Below the pieces are notes generated by a model. The model did not search any database. It was not told the DNA's origin and saw only the letters and a list, made by a program, of their open reading frames with translations. Shown here in pieces: positions 40,207-45,824 of a stretch of 45,824 bases of DNA. The translations under genes were made by a program, and so were the position numbers. The stretch comes from Proteromonas lacertae. Its lineage: Eukaryota. The DNA is taken from the NCBI GenBank assembly GCA_002245135.1, contig NGBS01000639.1, positions 1 to 45,824 on the forward strand. The letters run 5' to 3'. Position 1 is the first letter of the stretch. Every line of letters begins with the position of its first letter.

Positions 40207-41628
40207 TTATACTACTTTCTCAACACCTCTTGGTCCAATAACTAATTGTTTACCTGTAATAATATAGAATTTATGATGAATTGTATAAGTATTTTTTGCA
40301 GTATCAAAATCATGATTTGAGCAATCTAATGTAATTTTTAAATCACTTGCTAAGTCTTTACCAGCTCTTAATTTTAACTCAGTTAATCGATCAGTACTGA
40401 AATTTAATACATCAAAGAATCTATAAGGGAATGAATATGCTGAACATTTTTCATATAATGTATTTTGAATAATATTTCTCATATATTCCCAAGTTTGGTA
40501 TTTTGCAGGATATAAGTAGTCAGGAGTATAGACAAAATCATTAATTTGCCATCTAATTCTATCTTCTTCTTTATCAAAAGGAACTATAGTTCTTATATAA
40601 GCATCATTTATGTATGCTCTGTATAATATAAACTTAACATAACTTCCTATACTGCTATTAATACTGAAGTTATAGTTAAAAGTACTATTACCTGGAATAG
40701 GATCTTTAGTTATTTGAACTATGTTAAAATCAGTAAAGTCAATAGGATGATGAGTTGAATAATTGATGGTATTGGCATTGCAAGTTGGATCTTTGTTATA
40801 ACAAACATAAAGATGAGGATTAACTATTTTCATTCCTAAAAATGCTTGCCATTGGTTTATATATTTATCTCCATCATTATGATGAACCCAATTCATTATA
40901 GGTGCAAATGTGAATTGAATATAAATGACTTCACCAAAATAAATATCATTCTTCAAAGCTAAAATAGTATTGTATATGTCTGCAAAATGAAATCTACACA
41001 GTATTTGACCATGTAATGTATCTGTCACACCATTTTGCATTACATAATAATTTTGAACACCTCCACTTGGATTTAATGTATTAGCTGAATGACATAATAA
41101 ATTTTCACCTATTTTTTGATTTGCAGTATTAAATCCTAAACCATCAAATATTTTCTTGTAATAATCTGGTTCTTTTAAATCATAAGGAAATTGATTTGCA
41201 ATTTCATGAGCTAAATCTCTATATTCATTATAACTAGTATCCAAATCACATAGCAAAGTTCCTGTTTTGTTGTATACTTTTAATGTACCAAAATTCATAG
41301 TATTCTTCAATGTTAGTTTATCTAAATTATTTGCACTAGTATCTCTTTTAGGTACAAAAGGCATATCCCAATTACCTGAATCTGCAGCAGCATGAGCTCT
41401 AGTTTGACCTGTAGTATAATCTAATATGAATTCAAAATAGCTTTTTGATAAGTTAACACAATTATCACCAGATATTTCAAATGTAATAGCATCACTGTTT
41501 GAATTTAAAGATAAAACAGTCTCATTCCTGCTTTGGTTTGGAGTAACTAAAATATGGTTGTAAATTGGTATGTAAGCTGGCACAATGCTTTCATGCTTTT
41601 GTGAATTAGGTATAGCAGTGATTGACAT
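40207..41628 (-). CDS. Major capsid protein (double jelly-roll, Polinton/PLV type)
   Basis: 473 aa, beta-rich. N-terminal ITFEISGDNCVNLSKSYFEF resembles the Polinton-type I-x-F-x-I...[DN]L-S-x-S-Y-[LF] strand. Located between ATPase and penton; terminal strands KFYIITGKQLVIGPRGVEKV. Confidence 0.8.
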   Translation of the reverse strand: MSITAIPNSQKHESIVPAYIPIYNHILVTPNQSRNETVLSLNSNSDAITFEISGDNCVNLSKSYFEFILDYTTGQTRAHAAADSGNWDMPFVPKRDTSANNLDKLTLKNTMNFGTLKVYNKTGTLLCDLDTSYNEYRDLAHEIANQFPYDLKEPDYYKKIFDGLGFNTANQKIGENLLCHSANTLNPSGGVQNYYVMQNGVTDTLHGQILCRFHFADIYNTILALKNDIYFGEVIYIQFTFAPIMNWVHHNDGDKYINQWQAFLGMKIVNPHLYVCYNKDPTCNANTINYSTHHPIDFTDFNIVQITKDPIPGNSTFNYNFSINSSIGSYVKFILYRAYINDAYIRTIVPFDKEEDRIRWQINDFVYTPDYLYPAKYQTWEYMRNIIQNTLYEKCSAYSFPYRFFDVLNFSTDRLTELKLRAGKDLASDLKITLDCSNHDFDTAKNTYTIHHKFYIITGKQLVIGPRGVEKVV

Positions 41629-41682
41629 AATTTATGTTATTTTAAAAGATTAAAAAAATACTTAAAAATAGCAAGAAATTTA

Positions 41683-42654
41683 TTAATACAAAATAATCTC
41701 AAAATAAATAGGTAAGTTTTTTAAATAAATTGCATAACCATCTTGTTGTGTGACTGATATAGTCATTCGTTGATATTCGTGATATTGCATCTTCTTAGCT
41801 GTCCATTCAATTTGTGGATTAGTGAATGTGGTGTAGTTAGCATTAAGATCTTTCACAGGTATGTTAGCTAAAACCATTGAATTCTCACCACTATTAACCC
41901 AGTCACATCTAATTTGTATGAATGACACCCAAATTAAAGACGGTTGATTAGGCAATATTTTGTCATATTCTATATCAATATTATTAAAAAATGCTTCAAT
42001 TGGAGCTGCTGTATGATAAATATCTAACTTTTTGTTCATCTCATCTACACCATATAACTTATAAACTAAGTTAGGGAATTCAATGCTAAAATCTGTGAAA
42101 TATAATCTACCAAAATGAGTTAAGTATTTGAATTTTAAGTGTAATCTATTTTCTGAACTTTCACTAAATTGAAGTATATCTGTTTGATCATCTATTTTAC
42201 GAAACGGATAGTTTTGTGAAAGATCTTCATCTGGTAATGGTCCTGCTGCACCTGCTATTTCTGCAAAACTTAACGATAGTAACTTATTACTAAAAAATTC
42301 TAATAATTCTTTACCAGTATAATTTCTTTGAGGTATTTTAGCATCAATAGTTTTATAATAAGGTCCAAGCTGATTCTCAGGTTTTTCCCATTCTGCTGGA
42401 TTTGTTTTATCTGGATTTATGCATTCGTAGTAAGTGAAATTAAAGAGAATATGATCATTTACTTCATCTTGTACTGTATAGAAGTTATTTGGAATAACTG
42501 CAGTAATTAAACTCATATATTGATATTTTTCAGTAATAGTTGGAGTATTAATACATCTAACCCATTTATTAGATAATTTTTCATTATAGTCTGATGTTGT
42601 TAAGAATAATGTTCTTCTATTAGCTAATATGTTGTTACTATCTTTTGGTTGCAT
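41683..42654 (-). CDS. Minor capsid protein (penton, single jelly-roll)
   Basis: AVIPNNFYTV (IPNxFYxI/V motif), IQIRCDWV...SMVLANIPV and TISVTQQDGYAIYLKNLPIYFEIILY are typical of Polinton/PLV/virophage pentons. Confidence 0.85.
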   Translation of the reverse strand: MQPKDSNNILANRRTLFLTTSDYNEKLSNKWVRCINTPTITEKYQYMSLITAVIPNNFYTVQDEVNDHILFNFTYYECINPDKTNPAEWEKPENQLGPYYKTIDAKIPQRNYTGKELLEFFSNKLLSLSFAEIAGAAGPLPDEDLSQNYPFRKIDDQTDILQFSESSENRLHLKFKYLTHFGRLYFTDFSIEFPNLVYKLYGVDEMNKKLDIYHTAAPIEAFFNNIDIEYDKILPNQPSLIWVSFIQIRCDWVNSGENSMVLANIPVKDLNANYTTFTNPQIEWTAKKMQYHEYQRMTISVTQQDGYAIYLKNLPIYFEIILY

Positions 42655-42733
42655 TATGTTTTATAATTGTTGAGAAATATTAAAATATAATTTTATTTGA
42701 ATTATTCTTTAATTTATATATTGTTATATATAT

Positions 42734-45421
42734 ATGCAACCGCAACCTCAAGTTAACAATTCAAATGATGATGAAGAAGATGGACCCACAGATGATGATG
42801 AATATGAATATGAAGAAGATGAAGATAATGTACCTATTGATATGAGCAGAATAAGACATAGAAGAAGACATAGAAGGAATCAAGTCATACCATTTCAAAA
42901 TATAAGTGAAGATGATTTAAATAATTATGTGGATCAAGAAGTGAAAAGATTTAACAAAGCATTAATTATTCAATATAGACTTATTCCAATAGGTTGGCCA
43001 AATCATGAGTTTAATAGAATATATAATTTATATGATGAACATATGAAAATGTTTAATTGGTGTAAGAATTTATTTGTAACAGGTCCTTTTGCGCATGGTA
43101 AACCATTAGAAGCTTATAATCCAAAATTAACAGGAAATGAAAACTCTGCTAATGCAAGAGAATGTGGCATATTTAAAACTCGTATAGCAGATGGTATTGA
43201 TAAATTGTGTATGGCATCTGATTTTATATTACAAAGAAATCCATTTGTTGTTTTACACCCAAAAGAGAGAATAGGTGTTACACAACTAGAAAATAGAAGA
43301 ATTAAAAAAACTCATTATGAAATTGATGAAAGACATCCAGAACCAGAAAATGATTTTAACATAATGAATAATGAACATTATAATAGTGCAGCTGAAATAA
43401 GAGCGGAAAATGTTATGCAAAATAGACATGATAATATGGTAAGAGGAGTATTAGTAAATGCAGACAATGGAAGTAATGATAATAACAATAATAACAACAA
43501 TGGAAATAATAGCAATGATAATAATGTAAATAATAATAACAATGCAAATTATGATATAATTAGCTTTTGTGATTCTCTGAAAGATAAGTTAAAGTTTTAT
43601 ATAGGTCGTTTAATGAGAACTAAATTTTGGTATTTAACAAATCAAAAAGAAGAAACAGCTTATTCAATTGCGTTAATCATATACAACTGTGTAACTGATT
43701 TGTATATATTAGCTTTATATTACATACCAATATTAAAAGATAAGTTAAGTGGAGATTATCAAAATGATAATGAATATACTTTACCATATCATCCTGATAG
43801 AAGAAATTTTATGGGATTACCAGATGGTGATAATAGAACTGGATATAGATATAACTATTTAGCAACTATACAAAAAATATTATCAGAAGCTCATGTACCA
43901 CAAGGACAAATCAATACAAATATATTTGCTAATCCTATAACTTTTAGAATGAATAGAGCTTTAGATACACAACTTAACCGTCAAATTAAACATAGAAGAT
44001 CAGTTCCAGCTTATGTTGGAATGAATGTTGCAGATCATAGAAATTGGAGATATGTTGCACCAGCTAATTATCCTCCTGCTCATCCATCAATTACTGCAGA
44101 TTTGATTGATAGAAATGTTAATGCATTTTATAATGCATCACCTGCAAATAGTGATAGTGAAGATAATGATAATAATCCATCAAGTAGTGATACTGAAGAA
44201 GATTCAGACACTTATGATCTTGGTGATATGAGTAATCAAATACCACCGCCTCCTTTGCCACCAAGACCTATACCAGCAAGAACTGATCAACAACAACCAC
44301 CTCCACCTCCTCCTGTATTAAATGTATCTAGATCTAATGTAATTAGTTTAAATAATCAATTTAATCCTCATCATCTTATACCATCTGATAGATTTTCATT
44401 TTTAGTACCAGATGATTTGCTTAATGCTATACCAAATCCAAATAGAGACTTTAATAAATCTCATAGATTTTTAGCTACTAGAGAAAATGGAGCAAAAATA
44501 GGTGTAACTAAGATAATACAAGAGTTTTATACACAATTGTTAACAAATAATGGTAAAATCTATTCAATTGATGCATTTATACATAATCATAATCCACCTT
44601 GTACATTTGTAGATGAAAATTCAAATAAGAGTTATATGTTCTTTACTGATTGGGTTAGAGAAGAAAACATCAATTTACCTTTATTACCTAGATCTACATA
44701 TAATGCAACTGAAGTAAATGATATACCTCAAAATTACAGTAGTATCAATATGATGTTTTATGGATATGATTACAATAGAAATATATATTCATATACTGGT
44801 TTATTAGAATATTGGTTAAAGAATCATCGAGGAACAGCATTTAATGAAAGACAAGCTAAGCAGGAAATATACATATATAATCCATGTATTAATATTCTAT
44901 CAGATGATGAAGAGGAAAATAAAAACATAAAAGTATTAATAGGTATGGATTATGATAAAAATTGGCCTAACGATAAAAAAATCAAATGTAAACAAATTAA
45001 AGTAATAGTATCTCAAGAAAGTGATAGAGCATGGTATGTAATAAGTGATCCAATGTTTGATTATATGTCATGCGATATACCAGGTGATGGAATTCACAAA
45101 TTCTATAACTATCCATTCTTTGTTAAGATAGGAGATACAGTAGAATTGATAGTACCAGTATCTTTAAAAGATAATATTTATGTATTAAAAGATGCAAGAT
45201 TAGATGATAAAGATGAAAATAATTATTTAAAAATTGATGATTATATGAGAAATGCAAATCGAGATAGTATTAATCAAAGAGCTATTGATGATAGAGAAAC
45301 AGCTAAGCGTAGAATACAAGGTTTAGGTAAAAAGCGTAGAAGAAAGACACAATCATTAGTAAAATTGTATACCAAATTGTTTACACACAATAATAAAAGA
45401 AAAAGAATAAAAATTATATAG
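42734..45421 (+). CDS. 895-aa viral hypothetical protein (acidic N-terminus, Arg-rich NLS-like, poly-Asn, poly-Pro, basic C-terminal tail)
   Basis: Single intronless 2.7-kb ORF, divergent from the capsid module; ends IQGLGKKRRRKTQSL...KRKRIKII. Confidence 0.75.
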   Translation: MQPQPQVNNSNDDEEDGPTDDDEYEYEEDEDNVPIDMSRIRHRRRHRRNQVIPFQNISEDDLNNYVDQEVKRFNKALIIQYRLIPIGWPNHEFNRIYNLYDEHMKMFNWCKNLFVTGPFAHGKPLEAYNPKLTGNENSANARECGIFKTRIADGIDKLCMASDFILQRNPFVVLHPKERIGVTQLENRRIKKTHYEIDERHPEPENDFNIMNNEHYNSAAEIRAENVMQNRHDNMVRGVLVNADNGSNDNNNNNNNGNNSNDNNVNNNNNANYDIISFCDSLKDKLKFYIGRLMRTKFWYLTNQKEETAYSIALIIYNCVTDLYILALYYIPILKDKLSGDYQNDNEYTLPYHPDRRNFMGLPDGDNRTGYRYNYLATIQKILSEAHVPQGQINTNIFANPITFRMNRALDTQLNRQIKHRRSVPAYVGMNVADHRNWRYVAPANYPPAHPSITADLIDRNVNAFYNASPANSDSEDNDNNPSSSDTEEDSDTYDLGDMSNQIPPPPLPPRPIPARTDQQQPPPPPPVLNVSRSNVISLNNQFNPHHLIPSDRFSFLVPDDLLNAIPNPNRDFNKSHRFLATRENGAKIGVTKIIQEFYTQLLTNNGKIYSIDAFIHNHNPPCTFVDENSNKSYMFFTDWVREENINLPLLPRSTYNATEVNDIPQNYSSINMMFYGYDYNRNIYSYTGLLEYWLKNHRGTAFNERQAKQEIYIYNPCINILSDDEEENKNIKVLIGMDYDKNWPNDKKIKCKQIKVIVSQESDRAWYVISDPMFDYMSCDIPGDGIHKFYNYPFFVKIGDTVELIVPVSLKDNIYVLKDARLDDKDENNYLKIDDYMRNANRDSINQRAIDDRETAKRRIQGLGKKRRRKTQSLVKLYTKLFTHNNKRKRIKII

Positions 45422-45824
45422 TTTTAAATTTTGTTTCTAACATTTTAGCTCTTTTTTCTCCTTTTAATGAATTAAAATTTGTTGCTTGCACAAACGATTT
45501 GTTATTTACTATGATATCAACTAAAAACAAAATTGCATGATAACCACATCTTACACTATCAACTCTTTGATTTTTAACTCTATTTATTTTTATCTTATAT
45601 CCATCATTAGGATATTATTTTAATTTTGTTAAATCTTTATAAAACTTTGTTATTTGTTTAGGTTTATCTCCAAAACTATCATAGTACATTATCCTCCTAG
45701 TATTATTGTTAACACATAAACTAACCCAATGACCTATTTACTTACAGGATCTTTAGTTGTATTAGTACAAAGTATAACACACCAAACATTTTCATTTTTA
45801 CATAGTTGACCTATTTTGCTAAGT
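45414..45824 (-). pseudogene. Adenain/Ulp1-like (clan CE) virion maturation cysteine protease, 5'-truncated by the window; one frameshift and one in-frame TAA
   Basis: Manual translation: ...WCVILCTNTTKDPVSK/fs ~45738/IGHWVSLCVNNNTRRIMYYDSFGDKP...KLK*YPNDGYKIKINRVKNQRVDSVRCGYHAILFL...KFKTI*. His at 45729, Asp at 45678, Gln, and Cys at 45546 are in clan-CE order. Confidence 0.85.

Larger units (their letters stand above)
36900..45824. mobile_element. Endogenous Polinton-like / adintovirus-like dsDNA virus (Preplasmiviricota-type); left boundary approximate, runs off the right end
   Basis: Cluster of long intronless ORFs encoding packaging ATPase, major and minor jelly-roll capsid proteins and an adenain-like protease. 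This contrasts sharply with the intron-dense host genes. Confidence 0.9.

Noticed and set aside
36479..45617. Alternative genetic code or readthrough suggested by in-frame TGA (36479) and TAA (45615)
   Set aside because: TAA and TGA terminate clearly conserved genes here (RPB10, ARMC6, ATPase), and the TGA is GGA in the paralog, so point mutation or error is simpler.
1..45824. CRISPR arrays, rRNA, integrase, pPolB or reverse transcriptase
   Set aside because: None seen; repeats are segmental duplications or (AT)n/(AAT)n microsatellites. Viral replication and integration genes presumably lie beyond the right edge.

Overview
Very AT-rich eukaryotic (protist) genomic DNA with dense genes and tiny (~26-45 nt) GT(AT)...AG introns; the style suggests a Blastocystis/Opalinata-type stramenopile, but that is inference. 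Bases 1-36.7 kb are host sequence. Conserved genes there are an IGHMBP2-like helicase 3' end, a FAAL-ACP didomain, ARMC6, RPB10 and NAA25/MDM20. They are interleaved with two expanded families, BTB/BACK-Ig(He_PIG-like)-SPRY and pseudokinase-LRR, whose putative ligand-binding ends diverge far more than their N-terminal parts. These families are being shuffled by duplication, inversion, microhomology-joined chimeras and short captured fragments (an MCM5 snippet, an NAA25 32-mer). From about 36.9 kb to the window end lies an intronless endogenous Polinton-like/adintovirus-like virus. It carries an A32-type packaging ATPase, a double-jelly-roll major capsid, a penton-type minor capsid, a fiber-like candidate and an 895-aa protein ending in an adenain-type cleavage site. 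It also encodes an adenain-like cysteine protease that the ORF track missed (one frameshift, one stop). A palindrome/iteron-rich non-coding region sits at its left side. Polymerase and integrase are not in the window. Several frameshifts, especially in 1-2 kb, may be assembly errors.
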